The notes: generated from the letters alone by a model not told the origin. Shown: positions 16,685 to 25,709, counted from the stretch's first letter. The stretch: 64,000 nt of DNA from an uncultured Bacilli bacterium (GCA_934130105.1 CAKOXL010000003.1:2406-66405), one strand, 5' to 3'. Made by a program: numbers and translations.

Positions 16685-16790
16685 TAAAATAAAATATCCC
16701 GCCATATAGACGGGATTTCAGGGGGTTTGGTTGAATTGCTCTCACACTTTAGTCCGTAAGAGCCACCATGCGTAAGGATACCCTCACGCA
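16685..16790 (-). ncRNA. Candidate small RNA of about 105 nt (own promoter, three hairpins, C-rich single-stranded tract, intrinsic terminator). Class unknown.
   Basis: Predicted transcript is UGCGUGAGG-GUAU-CCUUACGCA, then UGGUG, then GCUCU-N16-AGAGC, then AAUUCAACCAAACCCCCUGAAAU, then CCCGUC-UAUAU-GGCGGG and AUAUUUUAUUUU. No ORF. It sits between the recG stop and the ABC operon. Confidence 0.45.
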
Positions 16791-16795
16791 TTTTA

Positions 16796-16824
16796 ATAAT
16801 ATAATATTATTCAAAATAAGTCAA
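16796..16824 (-). promoter_or_regulatory. Sigma-A-type promoter for the small-RNA candidate (TTGACT-17-TATTAT)
   Basis: The -35 TTGACT is at plus 16819-16824, the spacer is 17 nt, and the -10 TATTAT is at plus 16796-16801. It lies immediately after the recG stop codon. Confidence 0.5.
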
Positions 16825-16840
16825 CAATATTTTTCTAAAT

Positions 16841-18862
16841 TTAAGAGTTATGATTAATAGACTCAATTAATCTTTTTTTTAAGTCATCACTATCAAAATT
16901 TTTATCATTTAAATACTCAAAAGAGTCATTTTTTGCTTGTATCAAAATTTTGTAATCATTTTTAATATTGGCTATTTTAAACGACATATCTCCACTTTGT
17001 TTAGTACCAAATAAGTCACCATGACCTCTTAATTTAAAATCTTCTTCACTTATTTCAAAACCATCACTTGTTTTAGCCATTATTTCTAATCGCTTAGTAT
17101 CGCTGTTACTAATTAAAACACATTTAGAAGCAATACTACCACGACCAACTCTTCCTCTTAATTGATGTAGAGTAGATAAACCAAATCTATTAGCATCAAA
17201 AATAACTATCATTGAAGCATTAGGAACATCAACACCTACTTCTATTACCGTTGTACTAATAAGTATCTGTATTTTATTTTGCTTAAATTCGCTCATAATT
17301 AAATCTTTAGCCATAGTTGCCATTTTGCCATGAACTATATCAATCCTATACCTACTACCAAAAGCCAAATTCATCTTATCCTTAAGTTCAACGACATTAG
17401 TTAAATCCGAATTATCACTTTCTTCAATTAGAGGAGCAATAACATAAATTTGATGATTTTGTTTAAGTTCTTCATACATCAATTCTAAAACATCTTTAAT
17501 TTCAGAATTATTTTTGACATATGTCTTAACTGGGATCCTGCCCTTAGGCATTTGTTTAATAATAGATACATCCATATCGCCATAAATAGTTAAAGCATAA
17601 GTTCTAGGAATTGGTGTTGCACTCATATATAAAACATCAGGCATGATACCTTTATTATTTAGAAGAGCTCTTTGGTTAACACCAAAACGATGCTGCTCAT
17701 CAGTAATAACTAAGCCCAAATTTTTATATTTAACCTCTTCTTGAATTAAAGCATGTGTACCTATAACTATATTAATATTTCCATTTTCTAATTCTTTATA
17801 AATTGACTGTTTTTCTTTCTTTGTCTGTGAACCAACAAGTAATTCAACATTAATACCAGTATCTTTAAATAAATCTTTAACATTGTTGTAATGCTGAATA
17901 GCTAATATTTCAGTTGGTGCCATTAAAGCACTTTGATATCCACTAAGATAATTAAGATACATTGATGCAATAGCTACTATTGTTTTACCACTACCAACAT
18001 CACCCTGAATAATTCTATTCATTCTAGAAGAAGAATTAAAATCATTTTTAATTTCATTAATAGTATTTATCTGATCAGAAGTTAACTCAAAAGGTACCAT
18101 ATTTAAAAATTTATTAACATCATCTTCTGTTATATTTCTTTTAATACCAGTCTTCTCATTTTTATGTTGTTCTCTTAAATAATTAATTTTAAACATAAAT
18201 TCAAATAATTCTTCATATTTTAATCTAATTTCAGCTTCTTTTAATTTTTCTATACTAGGTGGGTTATGAACGATATTTAGTGATGTTCTTTTATTTAAAA
18301 AATGATACCTTTCTTGGAAGATTAAGGGAATATTATCAGTAATATCTTTACCATTCATAAGTAAAGCTGTATTAATATACGTTAACATATTCTTATTAGT
18401 TAAACCAGTAGTACAGTGGTAAACCGATTCGATTTTAGTCTGATTATTTAATAGACCGAATTTAATATCAGATGCAGTTATAACATTTTTATTTTTATCA
18501 TATTTACCAATTACTATAACATTAGTACCAATATCTAAATCTTTCTTCATAAAAGCACGATTAAAAATGGAAACACCAACAACACCATTAGTTGTAACAA
18601 GTCGAAAATTTAGCTTATTAAGACCAGCCTTAAATCTTAACAATATAGGTACACTTTCTACCTTTCCATCTACTGTAACTTTTTCATCATCATTTACTTC
18701 TTTTAAATTACATCTTTTTAAAACGTCATAACGAAACGGATAGTGTGTTACTAAATCATCAACAGTATAAATACCAATTTTATTTAATAATGCCAATGAT
18801 TTAGGTCCTATACCTTTAACCTGTGAGACATTTACCATCCTATCACGCCCATTTCTAGGCAT
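16841..18862 (-). CDS. recG: ATP-dependent DNA helicase RecG
   Basis: Wedge/OB N-terminal region, helicase motif I GDVGSGKT, DEQHRFG, SATPIPRT, and HQLRGRVGRG with the C-terminal TRG-like region. An alternative start at M9 (18838) is possible. Confidence 0.9.
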   Translation of the reverse strand: MPRNGRDRMVNVSQVKGIGPKSLALLNKIGIYTVDDLVTHYPFRYDVLKRCNLKEVNDDEKVTVDGKVESVPILLRFKAGLNKLNFRLVTTNGVVGVSIFNRAFMKKDLDIGTNVIVIGKYDKNKNVITASDIKFGLLNNQTKIESVYHCTTGLTNKNMLTYINTALLMNGKDITDNIPLIFQERYHFLNKRTSLNIVHNPPSIEKLKEAEIRLKYEELFEFMFKINYLREQHKNEKTGIKRNITEDDVNKFLNMVPFELTSDQINTINEIKNDFNSSSRMNRIIQGDVGSGKTIVAIASMYLNYLSGYQSALMAPTEILAIQHYNNVKDLFKDTGINVELLVGSQTKKEKQSIYKELENGNINIVIGTHALIQEEVKYKNLGLVITDEQHRFGVNQRALLNNKGIMPDVLYMSATPIPRTYALTIYGDMDVSIIKQMPKGRIPVKTYVKNNSEIKDVLELMYEELKQNHQIYVIAPLIEESDNSDLTNVVELKDKMNLAFGSRYRIDIVHGKMATMAKDLIMSEFKQNKIQILISTTVIEVGVDVPNASMIVIFDANRFGLSTLHQLRGRVGRGSIASKCVLISNSDTKRLEIMAKTSDGFEISEEDFKLRGHGDLFGTKQSGDMSFKIANIKNDYKILIQAKNDSFEYLNDKNFDSDDLKKRLIESINHNS

Positions 18863-19081
18863 ATTATAACATATTTTTTAAATTTCTTAAAGAAACAAAG
18901 TAATAAATTTCCAAATTTATCTACACAACTAACTCTTAAAAAAGCTAATATTATTAAAATATTATCCTTATAGATTACTATATATTTTTTAAATTTACCA
19001 CTATAATCTTAAAAATATACACCATTTTATTACATTTATATAATCAATTTAGACTTTTAATTTAATTTTTTTCAAAAATAG

Positions 19082-19110
19082 TTGACAAATTAATACTTTT
19101 AGATTAGTAT
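19082..19110 (+). promoter_or_regulatory. Sigma-A-type promoter (TTGACA-17-TAGTAT) on the plus strand in the recG/PFOR spacer
   Basis: TTGACA at 19082-19087, a 17-nt spacer, TAGTAT at 19105-19110. There is no plus-strand ORF downstream. Confidence 0.45.
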
Positions 19111-19116
19111 ATTTAT

Positions 19117-19261
19117 CACCAATTCGGTTATGGCGAATTGGTCGCTAGTATCACACTAGCCAACCCCTTTTTATTCTTTTTATGAGGTTGTCCTTCAGGG
19201 GGTACAACCTCAAATTATGGAATTTAAAAGAAGAAACTATTCACTAGTTTCTTCTTTTTTT
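19117..19261 (+). ncRNA. Candidate small RNA of about 145 nt, convergent with the PFOR gene and overlapping its last 25 nt (19237-19261) in antisense via the shared terminator. Class unknown.
   Basis: Hairpins: CAAUUCG-GUUAUGG-CGAAUUG; GCUAGU-AUCAC-ACUAGC; a single-stranded CCAACCCCUUUUUAUUCUUUUUA tract; GAGGUUGU-CCUUCAGGGGGU-ACAACCUC. It ends at the terminator GAAGAAACU-AUUCACU-AGUUUCUUC plus U7. Loop GGGGGU can pair with the upstream ACCCC. Confidence 0.4.
19230..19261. terminator. Bidirectional terminator overlapping the last codons of the PFOR gene
   Basis: 9-bp stem at 19230-19238 / 19246-19254. T7 follows on the plus strand, and a UUUUAAAUU tract follows on the minus strand. The PFOR stop codon (19237-19239) lies within the hairpin, spanning the 5' arm/loop junction. 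Confidence 0.65.
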
Positions 19262-22200
19262 CTTTGTTCTGATAATTCCTGCAATGATACATAATAATTA
19301 TATCTTTCAATTGCATTAATTCTATTCTGTTCTAATAACTCATGATACTTATCAGGGTTTATTTTTTTAAGCATACGGTAACGATCCTCTCCAGCAATAA
19401 ATTCAAAGTATCTACTAAAATCAGGTTTAGAATCAAGTTTAAATTCATTAGTATCCGGATTATAGTGGAAAAGTGGATAGTAGCCAGTTTCCACTGCCTT
19501 TTTTTCTTCCTGGATAGTAGATTCCATACCAGATAAAATACCTTGAGCTATACAAGGAGCATAAGCAATAACTATTGAAGGGCCATCATAACTTTCTGCT
19601 TCTTTCAAAACATTAACAGTATGTTGCATATTAGCTCCAAGTGCAATACTTCCAACATAAGCATGAGGATAAGTTAAAGCGATTTTAGCTAAATCCTTTT
19701 TAGCAACTTCCTTACCCTTAGCAGTAAACTTGGCAATACTTCCAACTTTACTAGATTTAGATGATTGACCACCAGTATTAGAATATACCTCAGTATCAAG
19801 TACTAAAATATTAACATTTTCATGATTTGCTAATACATGATCGATACCTGAAAAACCAATATCATAGGCCCAACCATCACCACCAATAATCCAAATAGAT
19901 TTAGGTTTAATATATTCTTTTAATTCCAGTAATCCTGAAATTGGTGTGTTATCAATAATATCATATAAATTATTAGCACTATCAATATTGATATCATCTA
20001 AATATGCATTATAAATATCTTTTTCTGAATCATTAACTTTATCAATATTATCAGAAATAATACTACATATCCTATTTTTAATAGTTTTATCAGCAATTTT
20101 CATACCAAAACCATACTCAGCATTATCCTCAAATAAAGAATTTGCCCAAGGTACTGAATAAGCCGTAGTTGGAAGACTAGCTGCATAAATAGAAGAACAA
20201 CCAGTTGCATTACTAATCATTAAATTATCACCAAAAAGTTGCGTTAATAATTTTAAATATGGTGTCTCACCACAACCACCACAAGCGCCACTAAATTCAA
20301 ACTTAGGTTTTACAAACTGGCTTCCTTTAACCGTTGAAGTAGGCATTACTCTCTTTTCAGTAACATGATTAAATAAGTAGGAATAACTATCTCCCATAGT
20401 CTCCTTTAATTTTTCCATTTTCTCCATCGTCAAAGCTTTTTCACCTTTACGTCCAGGACAAATATTTACACATAACTTACATCCAGTACAATCAGGTAAA
20501 CTAATACCAATAGCGAATTTTAAATTTTGACCCTTTATATTAGCATCAACAAGTTCAGCTTTTAGTGAATCTGGAGCATTTTTAACTTCATCCTCATCTA
20601 GCAAAAATGGTCTAATTACAGCATGAGGACAAACAAATGAACACATATTACATTGGATACAATTTTCCTTATTAAAACAAGGTCCAATATCAGATATATT
20701 TCTCTTCTCTAATTTAGATAATCCTGGATCATATGTACCATCTTCATACTTTAAAAAATCACTAACTTTTAAGCTGTCACCTCTGCCACTAGAAATAACT
20801 CCAAAAATATTATCATCAGTTTCATTATTTTCTTCTTTCTTAATATCACCAGGTATATCTACCAGTTTTAAATACTCAAATACACGAGAAACTGCTTCCT
20901 TATTTTTATTAACCAAATCATTACCTTTATTAGCAAATTTCTTTTCTATATCCTCAATAATCTTTGTTTTAGCAAATTCAAAGTCCATAATATGTCCAAT
21001 TTTAAATAAAACTGTCTCCATAATTGAACTAATCTTATTACCTAAACCAACTTCCTTAGATAATTTAAGAGCATCTATTATATAAAATTTAACATTCCTA
21101 TCAACTAAAATATTATAATCATAATTAGATAACATCTTTAGTGCATCTTCTTCACTTTTACTAGTATTTAAAATAAAGATACCATTATGTTTAATTCCAT
21201 CTAACATCTTAAAATTCTTTAAATAAGACTCTTTAGTACACATAACTAAACTAGGTCTTTCAACATAATAAGTAGAACGTATTTGTTCTTTACTAAATCT
21301 TAAATGTGATTTAGTAACGCCACCAGATTTTTTAGAGTCATATTGAAAATATCCTTGTACAAAAGCATTAGTATAATTACCAGTAATTTTAATAATATCC
21401 TTACATGCACTAACCATACCATCAGAACCATATCCATAAATTAGAAATTCTATAGCTTTATTATTAGTTTTAATACAAGCTTTCTCTAAACTCTTATTAG
21501 TTACATCATCTACTATACCTATGGTAAAATCATGCTTAATATTTTTACTAGATAAGTAATCAAATACTGCCTTAATATCTCCTGGTGTTGTATTTTTGCT
21601 AGATAAACCATATCTACCACCAATTACCTTAATATTACGATTACTTTCATTAATGACACCAACAACATCTAAATATAATGGTTCACCTAAACTACCAGGT
21701 TCTTTCGTTCTATCAAGAACAGCTATACTTTCTGCCGTTATCGGTAAAACATTAAGTAAATATTTTGCAGAAAATGGACGATATAAATGTACTTCTATTA
21801 GACCAACTTCTTCACCATTTTCTATCAAAGTATCAACCGTTTCTTTAATTGTTTCACAAACAGAACCCATAGCTACAATAATTCTAGTAGCTGTTTTACT
21901 ACCATAATAATTAAATGGCTTATAATCTTCTCCTGTCATATTATTAATTTCTTTCATATAATCATTAACAATATCTGGTAAAGCTTCATAATAACGATTT
22001 CTTACTTCCATCATTTGAAAGTAAATATCATCATTTTGAGTAGTTCCACGTGTTACTGGATTACTAGGATTCAATGCTTTTTTTCTAAATTCATCCAAAG
22101 CCTCTTGATCAATTAGCTGTTTTAACTTATCAGTATCAATTAATCTTACTTTTTGTAGTTCATGACTGGTTCTAAAACCATCAAAAAAGTTAACAAAAGG

Positions 22201-22689
22201 AACTTTTCCTTTAATAGCAGCTAAATGAGCAACACCAGTTAAATCCATAACTTGTTGAACAGAAGATGATGCAAGTAAAGCAAAACCAGTCATACGAGTT
22301 GCATAAATATCCTGATGATCCCCTAAAATTGATAAAGCATGTGTAGCTATACTTCTAGCAGCAACATTAATAACACATGGTAGTTGTTCACCAGCAATTT
22401 TATACATATTTGGTATCATCAACAATAACCCTTGACTAGCAGTATAAGTAGTAGTTAAACATCCTGCTTGTAAAGAACCATGTATCATTCCAGCTGCACC
22501 TGCTTCTGATTGCATCTCAACAACTTTAACTGGACTACCAAAATAGTTAAGTTTACCACTTGAAGACCAAGTATCAGTTAATTCTGCCATAGGAGAAGAT
22601 GGCGTAATTGGATATATTCCAGCTACCTCTGTAAAGTTATAAGATACATAACTACAAGCTTCATTACCATCCATAATTTTATATTCCAT
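19237..22689 (-). CDS. nifJ: Pyruvate:ferredoxin (flavodoxin) oxidoreductase, single-polypeptide NifJ/PFOR type
   Basis: 1150 aa. N-terminal DGNEA...IYPITPSS, two 4Fe-4S ferredoxin motifs (CIQCNMCSFVCPH, CTGCKLCVNICP), and TPP-binding GGDGWAYDIG. Confidence 0.92.
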   Translation of the reverse strand: MEYKIMDGNEACSYVSYNFTEVAGIYPITPSSPMAELTDTWSSSGKLNYFGSPVKVVEMQSEAGAAGMIHGSLQAGCLTTTYTASQGLLLMIPNMYKIAGEQLPCVINVAARSIATHALSILGDHQDIYATRMTGFALLASSSVQQVMDLTGVAHLAAIKGKVPFVNFFDGFRTSHELQKVRLIDTDKLKQLIDQEALDEFRKKALNPSNPVTRGTTQNDDIYFQMMEVRNRYYEALPDIVNDYMKEINNMTGEDYKPFNYYGSKTATRIIVAMGSVCETIKETVDTLIENGEEVGLIEVHLYRPFSAKYLLNVLPITAESIAVLDRTKEPGSLGEPLYLDVVGVINESNRNIKVIGGRYGLSSKNTTPGDIKAVFDYLSSKNIKHDFTIGIVDDVTNKSLEKACIKTNNKAIEFLIYGYGSDGMVSACKDIIKITGNYTNAFVQGYFQYDSKKSGGVTKSHLRFSKEQIRSTYYVERPSLVMCTKESYLKNFKMLDGIKHNGIFILNTSKSEEDALKMLSNYDYNILVDRNVKFYIIDALKLSKEVGLGNKISSIMETVLFKIGHIMDFEFAKTKIIEDIEKKFANKGNDLVNKNKEAVSRVFEYLKLVDIPGDIKKEENNETDDNIFGVISSGRGDSLKVSDFLKYEDGTYDPGLSKLEKRNISDIGPCFNKENCIQCNMCSFVCPHAVIRPFLLDEDEVKNAPDSLKAELVDANIKGQNLKFAIGISLPDCTGCKLCVNICPGRKGEKALTMEKMEKLKETMGDSYSYLFNHVTEKRVMPTSTVKGSQFVKPKFEFSGACGGCGETPYLKLLTQLFGDNLMISNATGCSSIYAASLPTTAYSVPWANSLFEDNAEYGFGMKIADKTIKNRICSIISDNIDKVNDSEKDIYNAYLDDINIDSANNLYDIIDNTPISGLLELKEYIKPKSIWIIGGDGWAYDIGFSGIDHVLANHENVNILVLDTEVYSNTGGQSSKSSKVGSIAKFTAKGKEVAKKDLAKIALTYPHAYVGSIALGANMQHTVNVLKEAESYDGPSIVIAYAPCIAQGILSGMESTIQEEKKAVETGYYPLFHYNPDTNEFKLDSKPDFSRYFEFIAGEDRYRMLKKINPDKYHELLEQNRINAIERYNYYVSLQELSEQRKKEETSE

Positions 22690-22770
22690 AATATCAACTC
22701 TTTCTATCTACTTTCTATATTATATTTTAATTATATACCATTTCATGCAAAAAAAAAAGAAGAAAACATT

Positions 22771-23835
22771 CTACTCGGTAACAATCCAAGCAGTTGGAAT
22801 TCTTCTTAAAACACCTTGTGCACCAGTTGATGAAATTGGATTATTTAATAATTCTTGTCCTTCTAATAAAGCAGATGATGTACCACCGTCAAGGTTAGCA
22901 GCATTAACAGCTCCATAATTTTGCATTAATTCAGTTAAACCAACCATATCAATACCCAAGATACCACTAGTATAATTTCTACCATTAATAACAGCAAAAA
23001 GCACTATTCCATCAGCACGTTGTCCTATTGCACTACGAGGAGCAATTCCCCAACCACCATTTCCTTTTACAAATGAAGCTTTACCATTAACAATCAAGAA
23101 AGGTCCAAACTCAATAGCATCACGCATACCTTTAGCAAGTGCTTGACTGATAGACATTTTACCAAGAATTAGCTTGTTGTCTTTATCAAATCCAATAAAG
23201 CCACCACCTACCTGAGCATCATCATAATCATAAATAACTCTACCATCTTTTATAACAGTACCATGTGGAATCGCACCATTACCACTCCAAGTAGGATCAT
23301 AAAAGCCACTAGCATTCATACTAATTAAAGCATTATTATTTTTAGCAATTGTTTTTAAAGTTTGACCCTCTGTTCCTAATTTAGAACTAACAGCAAGTTT
23401 TACTTTTTCAGGTTTATAAACCGCTATAATATATCCATCATAGCCACTACCCTTAACTTTAATTTTTTTATAGATTGTATTTTCATCTACACCTTCGAAT
23501 AAATCTTTCTCATACTTGGAATTATATTTTCCATTATTATTAAAATCATCTATATCAATTAAATCAGGATTAGTATCTTCATCAACTTCAATCAAATAAT
23601 TATCAGCTAAAACTTTATTAATATATTCATCTGTATAAAACCAACGTGCTAAATATTGATGACTCATTGTAGTCATAGCTGTTGTAATTAGAAAATTTCT
23701 GAATTTAGCATATGGACCATATAATAAAAACAAACCACTTGATAGACCAATAATTCCAATTGAAAATAATAATAAAAATGCTCGTTTTACTTTAAGACTT
23801 ATTTTAAGTTTTGTCTTTTTATTACTCTTAGTCAT
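22771..23835 (-). CDS. Membrane-anchored phosphodiester glycosidase family protein (NAGPA/DUF2233-like)
   Basis: N-terminal TM segment. The C-terminal domain carries ISMNASGFYD, FGPFLIVNG, PRSAIGQRADG and NLDGGTSS, characteristic of the phosphodiester glycosidase domain as I recall it. Confidence 0.55.
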   Translation of the reverse strand: MTKSNKKTKLKISLKVKRAFLLLFSIGIIGLSSGLFLLYGPYAKFRNFLITTAMTTMSHQYLARWFYTDEYINKVLADNYLIEVDEDTNPDLIDIDDFNNNGKYNSKYEKDLFEGVDENTIYKKIKVKGSGYDGYIIAVYKPEKVKLAVSSKLGTEGQTLKTIAKNNNALISMNASGFYDPTWSGNGAIPHGTVIKDGRVIYDYDDAQVGGGFIGFDKDNKLILGKMSISQALAKGMRDAIEFGPFLIVNGKASFVKGNGGWGIAPRSAIGQRADGIVLFAVINGRNYTSGILGIDMVGLTELMQNYGAVNAANLDGGTSSALLEGQELLNNPISSTGAQGVLRRIPTAWIVTE

Positions 23836-23850
23836 AACTACCCTCCAATA

Positions 23851-24420
23851 CTAATTACTACTTTTTCCAATAAATTCTCCATCAGAATTAATATCAACAT
23901 ATTGATACTTAGAAACATAGTTTTTAAAATTAGTATCATTATCATTTAAATCTTTTTCTCTACGAAACTCTTCAATTACATCATTAAAAGATAAAATATC
24001 TTTCGTATAATAATTTATAACTGTTTCATAAGCAATTATAAAAGCATCACATTTATTCATAATATCACTATTAGAATAATGTTTATTAACACAATTTTCT
24101 TTTAAAAATGAAGACGAATCATTAACTGCATCAACACTTTCAGTATATTTATCTAATATTAAAATCCAATCATCATAGTTATCTTCAACTGTTTCAGTAA
24201 AAAGATTACTAACAACTTCACTATAGTAAGAACTTCTTCTTTCATTAAATGATTCAACTTTTTTTCTAAAATTATCATCCTGTTCTACTATATCGAATTC
24301 TAATTTATTTTGTTTATATTTACTGCTACTAACTCTTTCATAAACAATAATAGCAATACCGGAACCAATAAGTAACAAACCAAAAACTAATATTAAAAAT
24401 ATTATTTTTCTTCTTTTCAT
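23851..24420 (-). CDS. Hypothetical membrane-anchored protein
   Basis: RBS GGGAGG. There is one N-terminal TM segment (IIFLILVFGLLLIGSGIAIIVY) and then an acidic soluble region. No recognisable motifs. Confidence 0.5.
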   Translation of the reverse strand: MKRRKIIFLILVFGLLLIGSGIAIIVYERVSSSKYKQNKLEFDIVEQDDNFRKKVESFNERRSSYYSEVVSNLFTETVEDNYDDWILILDKYTESVDAVNDSSSFLKENCVNKHYSNSDIMNKCDAFIIAYETVINYYTKDILSFNDVIEEFRREKDLNDNDTNFKNYVSKYQYVDINSDGEFIGKSSN

Positions 24421-24488
24421 TTATTCCTCCCTTTATTCTTAAAACAGTATATCAAAAAAAATACAATTTGTCTAATAAAAAGTGGAAG

Positions 24489-25076
24489 TTATCCCTTATA
24501 AAAATAAGATATAAATTTAGAAAAATAAAATAATATCTGTGAACTTTTATTAATTGCAAATGCTTTACCAATTGCTTTACCGCCTATTGTTAATGAAGCA
24601 ACAATAGCAGTTACCAAAAGACTAACACTAAATAAATTAAGATTTAGACTATTAGCTATCGCACTAGATAATAAAGCACTAGCCGATCCACTGACAATTC
24701 CACATATATCACCAATAACATCGTTACAAAAGCTAGAGGCTTTTTCACTATTCTTAATTAATTTTACTCCTATTTTAGCACCTCTTACTTGTTTTGATGC
24801 CATCGAATTAAATACTTTAAGATCTGCAACAGTTATAGCTACACCTACCATATCAAATAAAATACCAATACCAATAAATAATAGTATAACAACAACAGCT
24901 AAAATACTACCAGCATTGGGAATAGCTGTTTCTGAAAAAAAAGAAAAAGCAAGAGAAATAAAAAAGGCCAATAAAGTTACTTTACTAATCCACTTATAAT
25001 CAACTAATTTTTTATTTTTTACCGTTTTCTTAAGAACTTTTGTCTCATATTTATCTTTACATTTTTTATATTTCAT
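24489..25076 (-). CDS. oapA: Four-TM membrane protein with a Lys-rich N-terminus and a DxxxD motif; OapA-like (OLE-associated protein A) candidate
   Basis: 195 aa. N-terminus MKYKKCKDKYETKVLKKTVKNKKL, four hydrophobic segments, and motif CNDVIGDICG (D-x3-D). A GAGG RBS starts about 2 nt after the U-tract of the upstream structured RNA, and the ATG follows about 10 nt after it. The symbol is tentative. Confidence 0.5.
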   Translation of the reverse strand: MKYKKCKDKYETKVLKKTVKNKKLVDYKWISKVTLLAFFISLAFSFFSETAIPNAGSILAVVVILLFIGIGILFDMVGVAITVADLKVFNSMASKQVRGAKIGVKLIKNSEKASSFCNDVIGDICGIVSGSASALLSSAIANSLNLNLFSVSLLVTAIVASLTIGGKAIGKAFAINKSSQILFYFSKFISYFYKG

Positions 25077-25085
25077 TTCAACCTC

Positions 25086-25660
25086 AAAAAAAATAAGAAA
25101 TGGTCGTTAATAAAGTAAACCTTGTATCTTAGGTCAAGTTGGATTTCCCTACTTTCAACTTATCGTTACCAATAAGCGGTTCCCCATTAAAGAAAGCAAT
25201 AGATTGTCACCAATTCTATGACTTGATTACCACTTAGCATACACTGCAATCCAATATTAATACTACACCCTAGGAGTTTTCCTCAAACACTTTAAATTTA
25301 TTATTATGCTTTTTTGCAATAATTGTTTCAAGTAGCAATACTTAATAAAAGATGTACACCTTATATTAAGCTGTCTCTATCCCCAACTATCACGCAAGCC
25401 AAGCTACGCTACCCATAGATTTCTCCACATGATAGGTTTAATCCTAAGTCGTAAAATATTATTTCACAAGATTAGGTCTCCGCAAGAAAATGGGTCGTTC
25501 CTCATATGCCATTATAAGCGCCCACAATCTCTTCCAACCAGCACCTACCCAATACTGGGCGTATTAAGCAAGCACCAGATGTTTCATAGATGTGCTCTTT
25601 AACGAATTTTTAGGCTCGTCTTCATAATAACTAAAGTGACTAGAATAATGCACCACTTCT
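25086..25660 (-). ncRNA. Large structured non-coding RNA of about 575 nt; OLE-like (ornate large extremophilic RNA) candidate
   Basis: The spacer 25077-25709 (633 nt) has no ORF in any frame of the track and is visibly more G+C-rich than neighbouring spacers. The predicted 5' AAGAAGUGGU pairs with the 3' ACCAUUUCUU (10 bp, one G-U) immediately before U8. Internal hairpins include CCCA-GUAU-UGGG, CUUAAUA-N16-UAUUAAG, CUUAU-N8-AUAAG and AAGUUG-N13-CAACUU. Confidence 0.55.
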
Positions 25661-25666
25661 TATATT

Positions 25667-25695
25667 ATTATATTATATTCAATGAAAAATTTCAA
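25667..25695 (-). promoter_or_regulatory. Sigma-A promoter for the large ncRNA (TTGAAA-17-TATAAT)
   Basis: The -35 TTGAAA is at plus 25690-25695, the spacer is 17 nt, and the -10 TATAAT is at plus 25667-25672. Confidence 0.55.
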
Positions 25696-25709
25696 ATGAT
25701 TAATATTAC

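Noticed and set aside
25086-25660. Whether the large ORF-free RNA could be RNase P RNA, tmRNA or a group II intron
   Set aside because: None of their hallmark sequences is visible on either strand. There is no GAGGAAAGUCC P4 strand for RNase P. There is no tRNA-like GGGG...UCCACCA ends or tag reading frame for tmRNA. There is no domain V-like hairpin or reverse transcriptase ORF for a group II intron. The length (about 575 nt) and the tightly linked four-TM DxxxD protein fit OLE/OapA better. A covariance-model search is still needed.
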